Source of the DNA: Parcubacteria group bacterium LiPW_41
Lineage (GTDB): Bacteria; Patescibacteriota; Minisyncoccia; UBA6257; GWB1-50-10
NCBI GenBank assembly: GCA_007375535.1
Contig: VMEM01000005.1
Coordinates: forward strand, 7,469 to 71,468
Length of the DNA: 64,000 nt
Direction of reading: 5' to 3'
Numbering within the stretch: position 1 is the first letter of the stretch; each line of letters opens with the position of its first letter. Shown piece by piece: positions 1-9,482 of this stretch. Below the pieces are notes generated by a model. The model was not told the origin of the DNA, searched no databases, and saw nothing but the letters and a program-made list of their open reading frames with translations. The translations under genes and the position numbers were made by a program.

Positions 1-18
1 CCATTTACTACCTCCTTT

Positions 19-411
19 TTATAAATCTTCTTCGAGACAGAGAAAATCATGCAATGCCCAGATTTTTTTCCCTTCACGTTCTAGTGTTATGAATTCGTCG
101 TGTTCTTCATCTTTTAAGAATTCTTCAGTCTTTAAAAACTCTCCTATTTCATTTTCTATCACATCAGGAATATCAGAGAGTTCAAAAGAAATAAGTTTAC
201 AATCGAAAACACGCGGATCTCCAAACGCAACGGTTATCATAGAACCAATTGGTGTTGTTGTCGGAATGTTTTTAGAAAGCATTGAGCACCCTGTGTGATT
301 TTTTGAAAAATCGGGGAGTGGGTCTTGTGAGATTAATACTGTAGCTCCAAAGAGCACTGGGCTTGTTATTTCATTCCCGTTGATGTCATAAAAATAATAT
401 TTTTCATTCAT
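19..411 (-). CDS. Family-A ORFan paralogue (divergent, acidic)
   Basis: YFYDxNGNE start, TGCS, DP and DIP motifs shared with 14783 and others; SD GGAGGTAGTAA. The same SD+ATG recurs at 1-18, implying another gene off-window. Confidence 0.7.
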   Translation of the reverse strand: MNEKYYFYDINGNEITSPVLFGATVLISQDPLPDFSKNHTGCSMLSKNIPTTTPIGSMITVAFGDPRVFDCKLISFELSDIPDVIENEIGEFLKTEEFLKDEEHDEFITLEREGKKIWALHDFLCLEEDL

Positions 412-554
412 TTACTACCTCCAGTGTTTATTATTTTTTTAATTTTTATTTGTGGGTTGTCCCTTTCAAATGTTCGAAGTAACCACAGAGAAAGAAATCC
501 ACAAAATACAATTCCAGCAAGAAAAACGATTCCAGCGAGTTCTCCTTCTGTCAT
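408..554 (-). CDS. 48-aa single-TM small protein (not in ORF track)
   Basis: MTEGELAGIVFLAGIVFCGFLSLWLLRTF...; GGAG SD; its stop overlaps the next start (ATGA). Confidence 0.6.
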   Translation of the reverse strand: MTEGELAGIVFLAGIVFCGFLSLWLLRTFERDNPQIKIKKIINTGGSK

Positions 555-584
555 TTTTACTCCATGTTTGTTATTAAAATTCTA

Positions 585-619
585 ACCATAGAATACCACT
601 ATTCTATGGTATAAGTCAA
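585..619 (-). promoter_or_regulatory. sigma70-like promoter overlapped by perfect 11-bp inverted repeat
   Basis: TTGACT-18-TATTCT on minus strand; ACCATAGAATA-N4-TATTCTATGGT at 585-610. Confidence 0.5.
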
Positions 620-635
620 TATTTGCAGATAAGAA

Positions 636-1886
636 CTATCGATTGTAGGTAGTTGGAGTTGCAAACTTCTCACTTGAGTTACACGTTCCTTTTTGATACT
701 CAACGTGTATTGTCTTGTCGTTAATTAGTTGTACGAGAATCTTCCCAATATCTTTTTGCCACCACGTGCCAGGGCTATTGTAACAATAGATGTTTCCATC
801 TGCTTTAATCTCACTAAATTCTCGATTAATAAATCCGGTATGATTTGGTTTGAATTGTATAACCCCAGGATTCATGATTGTTCCTCCAACAGAGAGATTT
901 GCAGTTGTTGGATCGAGGTTGTCATGAACAAATGCTAATCCTTTTCCATCAAATTCAATACTTCCACCATCTTTTTTTGGTTCTTCTCCAAACCACATTC
1001 CTTGTATCGTTCCCGCAATGTCTTGGTTTACCCGCCCACAGAGTGGTTCGATAGTGCGTGGCACAAACGAATCTTTTATTTTGTTATCTGAAAATCCAAA
1101 TTTTTTATAATACGCATCTTTCATTTCTCCCGCGTATAGATCAAACGTACACATCGAGTGTGCATAGCGATTGTCATCATAATAATCCCAATTTACATCA
1201 CTACGTGCGGGAATATTATAATTTGCTGCCCAAATCTCAAATGGTAGAGTTCCTCTCTCATCAAGTTGTGTGTATCCAATCAAATCCCCAGATTTCACGG
1301 GAATACTCACATTGTAATAGCATTGTCCCTCGGTATATGTGTGGCCAGGTTTTTCAATACCACGCTTACAATCACCCGTTTCCGTTTCCTTGAGCGTTTT
1401 CGTAAGTGGCTCAGATAATTCTGTGTAGTTCGCAAAATCAAGTACAAGTCCTTTGCATACGGTGTACTGAACGACATATCCACGGGGAATATAATCTCCG
1501 GAACTGTTTTTTGATGATATTTCGATGATTTGTGTGATCCATGAATCAGCAGGAGCATACAGTGGAATCTTTTCTGTGTGGTTGGTTGAAAAATAGTTGT
1601 GATCAACAGGGGATGTGTGTCCTGGCGGATTGAGATTTCCAAGTGGTGTAATTGAAGAAATATATTTTGGTTCTATGAGTGGCGCAGTCAAAATTCCACT
1701 AAGATTTTCTGGACATGTGGGAAATAATTTAAATTGTTCTTTGATTTTGTCTACAAAAGTCGGCTCCTCCTTCTTTTGCTCCATTTTTTTCTCTCCCTCT
1801 TCCTTTTTGTTAAACACCCCACTTCCGAGAGTGACTACGATAAGTAGCGCTATTACTCCCACACCGAGTATGATGTTCTTCTTCAT
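636..1886 (-). CDS. Secreted/membrane-anchored hypothetical protein, possibly distant M23-like fold
   Basis: N-terminal TM; HxxPxDH, YAPADS and VKSGDLIG segments resemble M23/LytM scaffolds. Confidence 0.6.
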   Translation of the reverse strand: MKKNIILGVGVIALLIVVTLGSGVFNKKEEGEKKMEQKKEEPTFVDKIKEQFKLFPTCPENLSGILTAPLIEPKYISSITPLGNLNPPGHTSPVDHNYFSTNHTEKIPLYAPADSWITQIIEISSKNSSGDYIPRGYVVQYTVCKGLVLDFANYTELSEPLTKTLKETETGDCKRGIEKPGHTYTEGQCYYNVSIPVKSGDLIGYTQLDERGTLPFEIWAANYNIPARSDVNWDYYDDNRYAHSMCTFDLYAGEMKDAYYKKFGFSDNKIKDSFVPRTIEPLCGRVNQDIAGTIQGMWFGEEPKKDGGSIEFDGKGLAFVHDNLDPTTANLSVGGTIMNPGVIQFKPNHTGFINREFSEIKADGNIYCYNSPGTWWQKDIGKILVQLINDKTIHVEYQKGTCNSSEKFATPTTYNR

Positions 1887-2148
1887 ATACTCATTTTACT
1901 ACAATGTATCCTCGTTCCCGCTTGGAATTGAACATTGATAATTGTATATTATTCTTCCTCTCTTTCTCCTTATTCGAAATTCAAAATTCGTCATTCGAAA
2001 TTAATCTCTTTTCTCCATCTGATATTTGAATTTGTTTAGAGTTTAGTGCTTAGGTATTAGAGTTTTCGAATTTACAGCTTAAAGGTTTTTAGTTTAATCT
2101 TTGCACTTTAAACTTTGAGTTTTAAGCTTCATTTCGTATACTAATACT

Positions 2149-2694
2149 ATGGACATGCAAAAAGTATCTCCGTTTGTTCTCACCGCTCTTGTAGCGGTTG
2201 CTTTGTTTGTTGGTCTTACAAACATTGTCACACTTCAATATGACGAAGTGTCGCGTATAGTAATTTCAAAAAGTCCAACTGGTGATGTTCCTGCGCCAAA
2301 AGTAGAAGTAACAGCAGATTGGAAAACATTTGCAACTAGTTTAGATCCTGCTTCTTCAATTTCGATTAGATATCCAAAGGACTGGGGAATAAGCGAAATA
2401 AAATTTCCTTGTGCCAATAAGGGTCCGTTTGGTACCAGCTCTTTTGGTTTTTTGGGTCCAATAAAGAATGAAAATAGTAATCGCAGATTCTTTATTCAGT
2501 TTTGTGTTAATAATGATGAGTATTGGGTAGCACATCAAGGATTTGTAGATTCCACTCCTTCAAGTGAAATTATTCCAAAGATAATAACGGTGGGTGAGGA
2601 TGAATTAAAAAAATCCGATGAATATAATATTTCTCAAGAAATCATCAAAAATCTGCAGATTGCACGTGAAGATTTTATTCTTAAAAACCAATAA
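2149..2694 (+). CDS. Secreted hypothetical protein (PsbP-like motif)
   Basis: N-terminal TM, WKTF...ISIRYPKDW; TATACT 6 nt before ATG. Confidence 0.65.
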   Translation: MDMQKVSPFVLTALVAVALFVGLTNIVTLQYDEVSRIVISKSPTGDVPAPKVEVTADWKTFATSLDPASSISIRYPKDWGISEIKFPCANKGPFGTSSFGFLGPIKNENSNRRFFIQFCVNNDEYWVAHQGFVDSTPSSEIIPKIITVGEDELKKSDEYNISQEIIKNLQIAREDFILKNQ

Positions 2695-2716
2695 AAATCC
2701 CCCTAACGGGGGTTTT
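2694..2716. terminator. Bidirectional intrinsic terminator
   Basis: AAAATCCCCC-TAAC-GGGGGTTTT between convergent genes. Confidence 0.7.
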
Positions 2717-2718
2717 GT

Positions 2719-2925
2719 TTATTCACCAATTCTTTCAAACTTGAAAAGTTTTTTGAAGAACTCAAATGCTGGATTTTCTGTCGCGGGGGGAAGTGTTTGA
2801 AATTCAGTTCCACACCCCATGCACTGATAGGGGAATCTGGTGTTCCCATCAATCTTTGTGGCGATATACCCATTGCACGAAGGACACTTCGGTTCCAGTG
2901 GCTCTTTGTATTCTTTCCGTTTCAT
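2719..2925 (-). CDS. Small zinc-ribbon protein
   Basis: CPSC...CMGC; AGGAGGAG SD. Confidence 0.65.
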   Translation of the reverse strand: MKRKEYKEPLEPKCPSCNGYIATKIDGNTRFPYQCMGCGTEFQTLPPATENPAFEFFKKLFKFERIGE

Positions 2926-2989
2926 AACTCCTCCTTTTAAGTATCTGAAGTTATGGTACTCCGCTAACTACATTATTTGCAATACGAAT

Positions 2990-3112
2990 AAAACTCGAAG
3001 CACTAATATCGAAATTCTAAAAAAACCTAAAACCCAAATATCAAAACGTTTAAATATTTGAATTTCTTATTTTGAAATTGTTTAGGATTTAGTGCTTAGA
3101 TATTAGGATTTA
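2990..3112. repeat. Imperfect inverted repeat of heptamer-periodic family 1
   Basis: Left arm AAACTCGAAGCACTAATATCGAAATTCTAAA; right arm TTTAGGATTTAGTGCTTAGATATTAGGATTT; one-arm copies near 2021, 4189, 12754, 19496, 25495. Confidence 0.7.
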
Positions 3113-3197
3113 TTTTACTATTGCCAAAATAGTAAAAGTATTGTAGAATGTTTTCACTCTTTAATAACTTATTTTTTTAACTTTGGGAGGTCACTCT

Positions 3198-3614
3198 ATG
3201 CATCCAATCAATGCATTTCTATGCTTCACCCCTCATGCCGCATTGTTTTTTGTGTTTGTATTGTTCTTTGCATATGATGCAAGAACACAAAAAAACTGGT
3301 GGTATATTCCACTGTTTTTGATTCTTACATTCCTGTGTTTTCTTTGGGTGGCAGAATTGATTCTTGTTCCACGCGCAGGTTTTGGTTCTATCGCTACTGC
3401 ATCGCTTGCAGGAATTGTGGGTATGTATGTGCTAAATGTTCGTTCAGAAGCGTTTCCGGGCATGTACAAATCATACCTTGTAGTAGGAATTGTACTTGTG
3501 GGTATGTACGCAATTTACTTCTCCACATATTTCAGTCTCTTTGGAATTGCCGGAGGAATGGGTGTGTTCAGTGCCATTTCTCTCACCTCAGATTATTATT
3601 TCCCTCGCACCTAG
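3198..3614 (+). CDS. Multi-TM hypothetical membrane protein
   Basis: Hydrophobic throughout; GGAGG SD before ATG 3198; hairpin at 3' end. Confidence 0.65.
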   Translation: MHPINAFLCFTPHAALFFVFVLFFAYDARTQKNWWYIPLFLILTFLCFLWVAELILVPRAGFGSIATASLAGIVGMYVLNVRSEAFPGMYKSYLVVGIVLVGMYAIYFSTYFSLFGIAGGMGVFSAISLTSDYYFPRT

Positions 3615-3666
3615 CGAGGGTTTTTATTTTTAGCAAATTATACAAGGCTTTCGTTATAATTAGGGT

Positions 3667-4137
3667 ATGAACGACGAAAAAATTTGTTGCCCTCAATTCG
3701 ATCCAACTCCATGGGACGGAAAAGAAATTGTGTGGGAAAACAAAAAGTTTATAAAAGATAAAGTCTGCACTCTTTTTTATATGCCGATAAATTTCGGTTC
3801 GGTGGTAACGCGGATGATAACAAAGGTAGAAAAACAAGGTGCAAGCGTACAAGATTGGTTGTGTCTTTCGGATCATACCTCTCTGTGGAATATGGATCTT
3901 TACCTTGCTGTTGATAAAGACATTCCTAATGCAGAGAATACCTCAATCTCTGGGAAGTTTGTAAGTAAGGTGTATGAGGGGAAATTTAGCGACACAGGAA
4001 AGTGGGTTAAAGAATTTAATGTATATACCAAAGAAAAAGGATATCAAGTAAAGAAGCAATATTTGTGGTATACGACTTGCCCAAAGTGTGCCAAAAAATA
4101 TGGTAAAAACTACGTAGTCCTATTTGCCCAAATCTAA
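3667..4137 (+). CDS. Conserved GyrI-like/putative hydrolase family protein
   Basis: CCPxFDPxxWD start and WYTTCPKCAKKYGKNYVV end; leaderless TATAAT. Confidence 0.75.
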   Translation: MNDEKICCPQFDPTPWDGKEIVWENKKFIKDKVCTLFYMPINFGSVVTRMITKVEKQGASVQDWLCLSDHTSLWNMDLYLAVDKDIPNAENTSISGKFVSKVYEGKFSDTGKWVKEFNVYTKEKGYQVKKQYLWYTTCPKCAKKYGKNYVVLFAQI

Positions 4138-4328
4138 CCCCGCCTCCAGGCGGGATTTTTTATCTCATTTTTAGATTTTCTCTTTTTTGATATTTGAATT
4201 TGTTTAGGATTTCGATATTCGAGTTTAGAGTTTTTATGCTTAATTACTTTCTTGCTTTTGCGTTTCACTTTTGATGTTTGCGCTTTGAACTTTGCATTGT
4301 CTTTCAGCTATAATTAACTCTATTCTCT

Positions 4329-5201
4329 ATGGAACGAAATAAAACGGTGGTAGTGATCTATCACAATAATTGTCTTGATGGATTTGGTGCTGCGTGGGCT
4401 GCGTGGATGAAATTCAAAAGTAAAGCAGAATATGTCGCAACTGATCCACACGTACTCCCCAAACTTGAATTAAAAGGAAAAGAAATTTATATAGTTGATA
4501 ATAGTTTTGATAAGACGACACTAGAAAGGTTACAAAAAGTAAATAAGAAAGTGGTAGTAATGGATCACCATAAAAGCGCACAGAAAGATGTTGAGGCGTT
4601 TCCTCAAAATATTTTTGATAATAATCACTCTGGTGCAGTATTGGCGTGGAATTATTTTCATCCAAATAAAAAAGTGCCAATGTTGCTTCGATATGTTGAA
4701 GATAATGATTTATGGAATTTTAAACTTCCACAAACACAGCTTATTCGTTTATACATAACTTCTCATGCATATGATTTTTCGGCGTGGAGTAAATTAGCAA
4801 AAGAAATAGAAGATAAAAAATTAAGGAAAAAGGGAGCCGAGGCAGGGAAGGCAATTAGTCAGTATGTAGATCAGGTAGTAAAAGAAATTGTGGATGGTGC
4901 AGAGCTTGTGCAATTCGGAAAGTTTCGCGTATATGCGGTAAATTTTATGTCAAAAAAAATGACGTCAGTTATTGGGCATATTCTTGCTAATAAGACGAAA
5001 TCACTTGGTATCGTGTGGTATGAATCAAAGGGATTGCTCCACGTTTCACTTCGTGCGAGTAACACAATTGATGTATCAAAGGTTGCTGAAAAATTTGGTG
5101 GTGGGGGACATAAAAACGCAGCAGCATTCACCATTCCATTTACTAACACCCTCCCCTGGAAACGAATAGTACAAAGGTCAAAGCTCAAACATCAAAATTG
5201 A
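4329..5201 (+). CDS. DHH/DHHA1 phosphoesterase (NrnB-like)
   Basis: YHxxCxDG, DHH, SLR...GGGGHxxAA motifs. Confidence 0.9.
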   Translation: MERNKTVVVIYHNNCLDGFGAAWAAWMKFKSKAEYVATDPHVLPKLELKGKEIYIVDNSFDKTTLERLQKVNKKVVVMDHHKSAQKDVEAFPQNIFDNNHSGAVLAWNYFHPNKKVPMLLRYVEDNDLWNFKLPQTQLIRLYITSHAYDFSAWSKLAKEIEDKKLRKKGAEAGKAISQYVDQVVKEIVDGAELVQFGKFRVYAVNFMSKKMTSVIGHILANKTKSLGIVWYESKGLLHVSLRASNTIDVSKVAEKFGGGGHKNAAAFTIPFTNTLPWKRIVQRSKLKHQN

Positions 5202-5265
5202 ATCTCAAAAGTTATTAAACTTTTTAATTTTACGTTTCACTTTTGCACTTTGCACTTTGAATTTT
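5172..5265. repeat. Inverted pair of heptamer family 2; left arm encodes the DHH C-terminus
   Basis: 5172-5210 is the near reverse complement of 4257-4295; further copies near 12790 and 21868. Confidence 0.7.
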
Positions 5266-5276
5266 AAACTTTACTT

Positions 5277-5675
5277 ATGAAATTAGTGATTTATACCGAC
5301 GGTGGTGCTCGTGGAAACCCAGGTCCTGCAGGAATTGGAGTCGTGATTGGCGACGACTACGAACACGGTGAATATATTGGGGAAACAACAAACAATGTTG
5401 CCGAGTACAAGGCGCTTGTCCTTGCAATAAAAAAAGCGAAATCATTATACAAAGAACATCTCTCTACCCTTGATCTTGAGATTCGAATGGATAGTGAATT
5501 AATTGTGAAACAAATGAAAGGGGAATATAAAGTGAAAAACGAAGGACTCCGCCCATTGTTTTTGGAGGTTCAAAAACACATTCCCGAATTTCATCATGTT
5601 TCTTTCCATCACATTCCTCGTGAAAAAAACTCCCACGCCGACGCACTGGTAAACAAGGCACTCGATAATAGATAG
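5277..5675 (+). CDS. rnhA: Ribonuclease HI
   Basis: TDGGARGNPGPAG, TNNVAEY, DSELIVKQ, HIPREKNxxAD. Confidence 0.93.
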   Translation: MKLVIYTDGGARGNPGPAGIGVVIGDDYEHGEYIGETTNNVAEYKALVLAIKKAKSLYKEHLSTLDLEIRMDSELIVKQMKGEYKVKNEGLRPLFLEVQKHIPEFHHVSFHHIPREKNSHADALVNKALDNR

Positions 5676-5856
5676 TGTTTAGTGACTAGAGCTTAGCTCT
5701 AAAGTCGATTTCCACGAAGATGAGTTTTTCTTTGGGTTTCTTTTCTTTGATTAATTATTTATTGCGAATTGAAAATTTTTCCCCTCTCCTTATTTAAAAT
5801 TGGCCTAATCTCCTGTTGTAGGTTGTTTGTTGTAGGTTGTTGGTTATACTTAAAAT

Positions 5857-6300
5857 ATGCTCGAACTTTACACCTCAAAACCTGAGGAATTGAAAAAGAA
5901 AGTTGATTCATTGACCGAGGGCGTCGGAGAATTCGCTCACGAATTTGATCCTGAGCTTATTTATCTCTGGTGCGAATCGGACCCAGAACTCCAAAGAACA
6001 TATAAAAATTTTGTTGGCGCAAGCGAGGCATATGCCGACTATGTGTGTGCGATAGATGATCTAGTAAAGAAAGGTGAGGACCTTAGTGAGATTGTTAAGA
6101 AACAACGTGAAGCACATACTAATTCAGAACAGATGTTAAAAACATTTGTTGAATCGGCTCACAAAAAAGGACACCTTCAGAAATTTTCTCCCGAAGAACT
6201 TCCTCGCCCAAAGACCGCCCAACTTGCTCTTTATAGTGCATTCACCAATGCATACGAAAAGAACAAGAAGATGATGGGGGAGGCCAAAAAGGCTGTGTAA
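5857..6300 (+). CDS. Hypothetical helical protein
   Basis: 147-aa ORF, TATACT 6 nt before ATG, terminator at 6317. Confidence 0.7.
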   Translation: MLELYTSKPEELKKKVDSLTEGVGEFAHEFDPELIYLWCESDPELQRTYKNFVGASEAYADYVCAIDDLVKKGEDLSEIVKKQREAHTNSEQMLKTFVESAHKKGHLQKFSPEELPRPKTAQLALYSAFTNAYEKNKKMMGEAKKAV

Positions 6301-6421
6301 CTATCAAACAAACCAAGCCCCAAACGGGGCATTTTTGTTGCTAAACCTCAATTATTTCACTATTGCAAAATATAGTAATGCATGGTATAATATATTCACT
6401 TAACAATTGAAGAGGAAGACA

Positions 6422-6805
6422 GTGAAAAAAGGGATAGTTGTTACCGCAAAAAATATAGCTACAGTTTGTGGCCATATTAAAAAAGTAATTAAGAACAAAG
6501 ATAGCCTTTTTGTGAGAAGTGCAAACACAAGCAACTTTCAACAAGCAAAAAAATTGCTTTCAAGAGCGGGAAAAAACGGGAGAGCATTTTTTTTGGATGG
6601 AAGATGTGCTGCTTCTATCGGAGAATATCTTGACTCACACATTGAAATAGTAAAAACTCGACGTCATCAATGTTTACGCTTCGGTCGTAATGAAGATTTT
6701 CAAATAATCAACATCGGCGATAAGGTGTTTATTGATAACGATAAGGTTTTTATTTCTTGGGCACTCGGTCGTTATGCGTCCAAAAAAATTGCCTGCGTTT
6801 CATAA
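6422..6805 (+). CDS. Family-B ORFan paralogue
   Basis: KKGIVVTxKN start and GxKVFID shared with 7234; TTGCAA..TGGTATAAT promoter, GAGG SD, GTG start. Confidence 0.7.
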   Translation: MKKGIVVTAKNIATVCGHIKKVIKNKDSLFVRSANTSNFQQAKKLLSRAGKNGRAFFLDGRCAASIGEYLDSHIEIVKTRRHQCLRFGRNEDFQIINIGDKVFIDNDKVFISWALGRYASKKIACVS

Positions 6806-6948
6806 TTTAACCCTCTGCTTTATGCGGAGGGGATTTTTTTCTCTTTTTAATTAAAATTTGAAACTTAAAATTTAAAATTTCAATACTTGTAAAAGTGTTG
6901 AATCTGTGGTATTTTGCGTACATCATTAAAAACTAATTTGAGGTAGTT

Positions 6949-7224
6949 ATGGAATGGATTCTATTCATTTTTACCGCTCTTTTTGGGGCTGCGTTTGGTG
7001 TCTATGGCACGGGGCTTCTCCATGGTCTTGTTACTATTTTCTGTTTTCTTCTGTTTCTTTATATTTTTTTCATTTGGAGTAGACGTGAAGAACATCGTTG
7101 GATTACTGCGTTTGTCATGTACTGTGTTATTGCTATTCTCTTGATTGCGATGTGGATTGCAGTGATCGTTGCGGGGAATCTCCCGAAATCAGTTATTGAT
7201 TTTTTTCACCTATTCTTTAAATAG
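6949..7224 (+). CDS. Small 3-TM hypothetical protein
   Basis: Hydrophobic; GAGGT SD. Confidence 0.65.
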   Translation: MEWILFIFTALFGAAFGVYGTGLLHGLVTIFCFLLFLYIFFIWSRREEHRWITAFVMYCVIAILLIAMWIAVIVAGNLPKSVIDFFHLFFK

Positions 7225-7233
7225 GAGAATGCA

Positions 7234-7638
7234 ATGAAAAAGGGAATTGTTGTTACAGAAAAAAATATGATGACGATTTACGATCGTCTAAAAAAGGTAG
7301 TTGAGAAAAAGAAATTCTTCGTGGGAAGAAGTTTCTATACTCGTAGCTTAAAAGTTGTTCAAAAGGTTGCGCCACTGGTGTGGGGATTGAATAAAAAAAG
7401 TTCAACGCCGTTGTGCAAAACTTCACACGCTATGTTTGGCGTTGCGGGTATCTGCTGTGACGGTTCGCGCATTTGGCTTAATCGTCCATATGATTCCGGG
7501 TACTTCTATATTCAGACTGGAAACAAAGTGTTTATTGATCCAATAGGAAAAATCTACATTGAACGAACGGATTTCATGCTTCGCGGAAGAGAAAAGTTCA
7601 TTCAGTTGGTGCAAGAGCAAAATAATTGCAAAATCTAA
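7234..7638 (+). CDS. Family-B ORFan paralogue
   Basis: MKKGIVVTEKN...GNKVFID; AGGAG SD. Confidence 0.7.
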   Translation: MKKGIVVTEKNMMTIYDRLKKVVEKKKFFVGRSFYTRSLKVVQKVAPLVWGLNKKSSTPLCKTSHAMFGVAGICCDGSRIWLNRPYDSGYFYIQTGNKVFIDPIGKIYIERTDFMLRGREKFIQLVQEQNNCKI

Positions 7639-7652
7639 ATCATGGAGAAAAA

Positions 7653-7871
7653 ATGAAAGTTCTTATATTTGGATCATTGATTCTATGTCTTGGTATTATA
7701 TTGGTATTTATCACGCCAACACCAAAAAACTGTCAGGATTGTATAAAAACAATTCCATTAATATTGATTTGTGCTGGTGTTTCAATTCAAGTTATTTCGG
7801 TATTTCAAATAAGGAGAGAGAGCGAACGTAAATTGCAAGAAAAAATTGACGATTTACATCGTTCATATTAG
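7653..7871 (+). CDS. Small 2-TM protein with CxxC loop
   Basis: GGAG SD; two hydrophobic segments; terminator 7878-7904. Confidence 0.6.
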   Translation: MKVLIFGSLILCLGIILVFITPTPKNCQDCIKTIPLILICAGVSIQVISVFQIRRESERKLQEKIDDLHRSY

Positions 7872-7936
7872 TAATTCATCCCCGCTAAATGCGGGGATTT
7901 TTTTGCATTTCTTGACTTTTGTTGTATAATGTTTCA

Positions 7937-8272
7937 GAAGTATGCGAAGTGACAGCACGTCACTCGAAAGAGTGATTTGGGTGAGGAAAGTCCGGACACT
8001 CTGTCTCTTTTTGAGACAATCGTAGCGGGTAACTCCCGTCGTCCGCGAGAACCGAGGTGCGAACAGTGACGCCGGCGGCGAAAGCCAATGGGGGTCGTCT
8101 CAGACCTAATTCCGTATAGAGACTTAGAAAACGGAAGTGAAACGGCCAAATCCTTACGAGAGTGCAAAGTCGTGCTCTTTGAGCAATCAAAGAGAGTGCT
8201 GCTTGAGCCTGAGAGTAATTGATGGCCCAGATAAATTGTCACATAAACAGAATCCGGCTTATCGCATGCTTC
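7937..8272 (+). ncRNA. rnpB: RNase P RNA
   Basis: GAGGAAAGTCCGG and ACAGAATCCGGCTTA conserved regions; P1 helix GAAGTATGCGA/TCGCATGCTTC; TTGACT-TATAAT promoter upstream. Confidence 0.95.
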
Positions 8273-8343
8273 ACAAAATTGTATTTAGTATTGAGTAGAA
8301 AGTATTTCGTATTGTATACTTCCTTGGTACATAATATGTATTT

Positions 8344-8416
8344 GCCAATGTAGCTCAGCTGGTAGAGCAACGCTTTCGTAAAGCGTGGGTCGGAGGTTCA
8401 AATCCTCTCATTGGCT
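8344..8416 (+). tRNA. tRNA-Thr(CGT)
   Basis: Cloverleaf: GCCAATG/CATTGGC, anticodon loop TTCGTAA, GGTTCAAATCC. Confidence 0.93.
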
Positions 8417-8711
8417 CAAAGAACTCCGCGATAGCGGAGTTTTGAGTTAATGAGGAGCGAGACAACTGCTTGTCTCGCGATAGAATTTGAAGCCCGGAGC
8501 GTTGTGCATTCAGCAGAATGCACCGCGAGGGCCGGCCTTAAGGTAATCACGAGCGACGGCAAGTGATTAACCGGAATGGCAAATCCTCTCATTGCGGGGA
8601 TTTTTTTCTCCATTTATTTCAAAAATTACAAAATTAAAAATTCTTTTGCTTGCAAAAGCATCTTCATAGGCGTATAACAAAATTAGATTTATTAACCAAC
8701 AGAGGTGTAAC

Positions 8712-8942
8712 ATGAAGTCAGAACCGATCAGCTTTTCGAAAGGAGATCATTTTACCATTGTTCCAACTCCACTAAATAAGGCAAAACATGCACGGAATGA
8801 ATTCAAAGGTCTCGAACTTAATAAGGAATATGTTGTAGCCGATACATACCGAAAATGGGATAAATGGTATGTATCTGTTGAACTTGAAAACGGAACCCGT
8901 TCTCAGCATGTTGTTGCTGATAATTCATTTTCTAAAAAATAA
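8712..8942 (+). CDS. Small hypothetical protein
   Basis: TTGCAA promoter, GAGGT SD, terminator 8943-8958. Confidence 0.65.
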   Translation: MKSEPISFSKGDHFTIVPTPLNKAKHARNEFKGLELNKEYVVADTYRKWDKWYVSVELENGTRSQHVVADNSFSKK

Positions 8943-8975
8943 CCCCCCAATCGGGGGTTCTATTTTTCTCTTTAT

Positions 8976-9050
8976 TTGAAACTTGAAATTTATAAATTAA
9001 AATTGAACTTGCGTAGATGCGCAAGTTATTGTATTCTATTTTCATTCATT
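8976..9050 (+). promoter_or_regulatory. Heptamer+promoter module with palindromic operator, duplicated at 23161-23235
   Basis: 67/75 nt identical by manual alignment; AACTTGCG-N6-CGCAAGTT covers the -35 (TTGCGT-17-TATTCT). Confidence 0.75.
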
Positions 9051-9068
9051 AACAAAAGGAGAATGGTG

Positions 9069-9482
9069 ATGAAGAAACCATTTTACGCCTATACACACAT
9101 GAATTGTGCACTAAGCGAGAAGCAGGGGAATAGTTTTTGGGATATTGCTGCGATTTTAAGTGTTCCGCTTTCCCATTTCAAAAAAACGGCTGGGTGTAGT
9201 AAGGGAAACGCAATCCATATCCTTGGAGTTTCCGATATTGGAAAATATTTTCAAATTAAGATTCTCGACCCGGTTCAAATCGGTGTTGGAAAATTGTTGG
9301 GCTTTAATTTTGATGTAATTCCAGATTCAGAATTCAGAAATGCACTTCAGAAATATCAGAGCTATCTTGATAAGTTTGTTATTGCAGTATTTTTGGTTAA
9401 GAAAAGAAGGAAGGAAGTTATAGTAGTGGTAAGGCTTAATAATTGTGATGTAACCCCAATTAAAAAACGGAGAAAAAGATGA
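9069..9482 (+). CDS. Family-A ORFan paralogue (basic)
   Basis: AILSVPLSHFKKTAGCS, GKYFQIKILDP, DVIPDS, CDVTPI; AAGGAG SD. Confidence 0.8.
   Translation: MKKPFYAYTHMNCALSEKQGNSFWDIAAILSVPLSHFKKTAGCSKGNAIHILGVSDIGKYFQIKILDPVQIGVGKLLGFNFDVIPDSEFRNALQKYQSYLDKFVIAVFLVKKRRKEVIVVVRLNNCDVTPIKKRRKR

Noticed and set aside
7934-8613. Minus-strand ORFs 7934, 7960, 8416
   Set aside because: Antisense to rnpB or to the tRNA-linked insert
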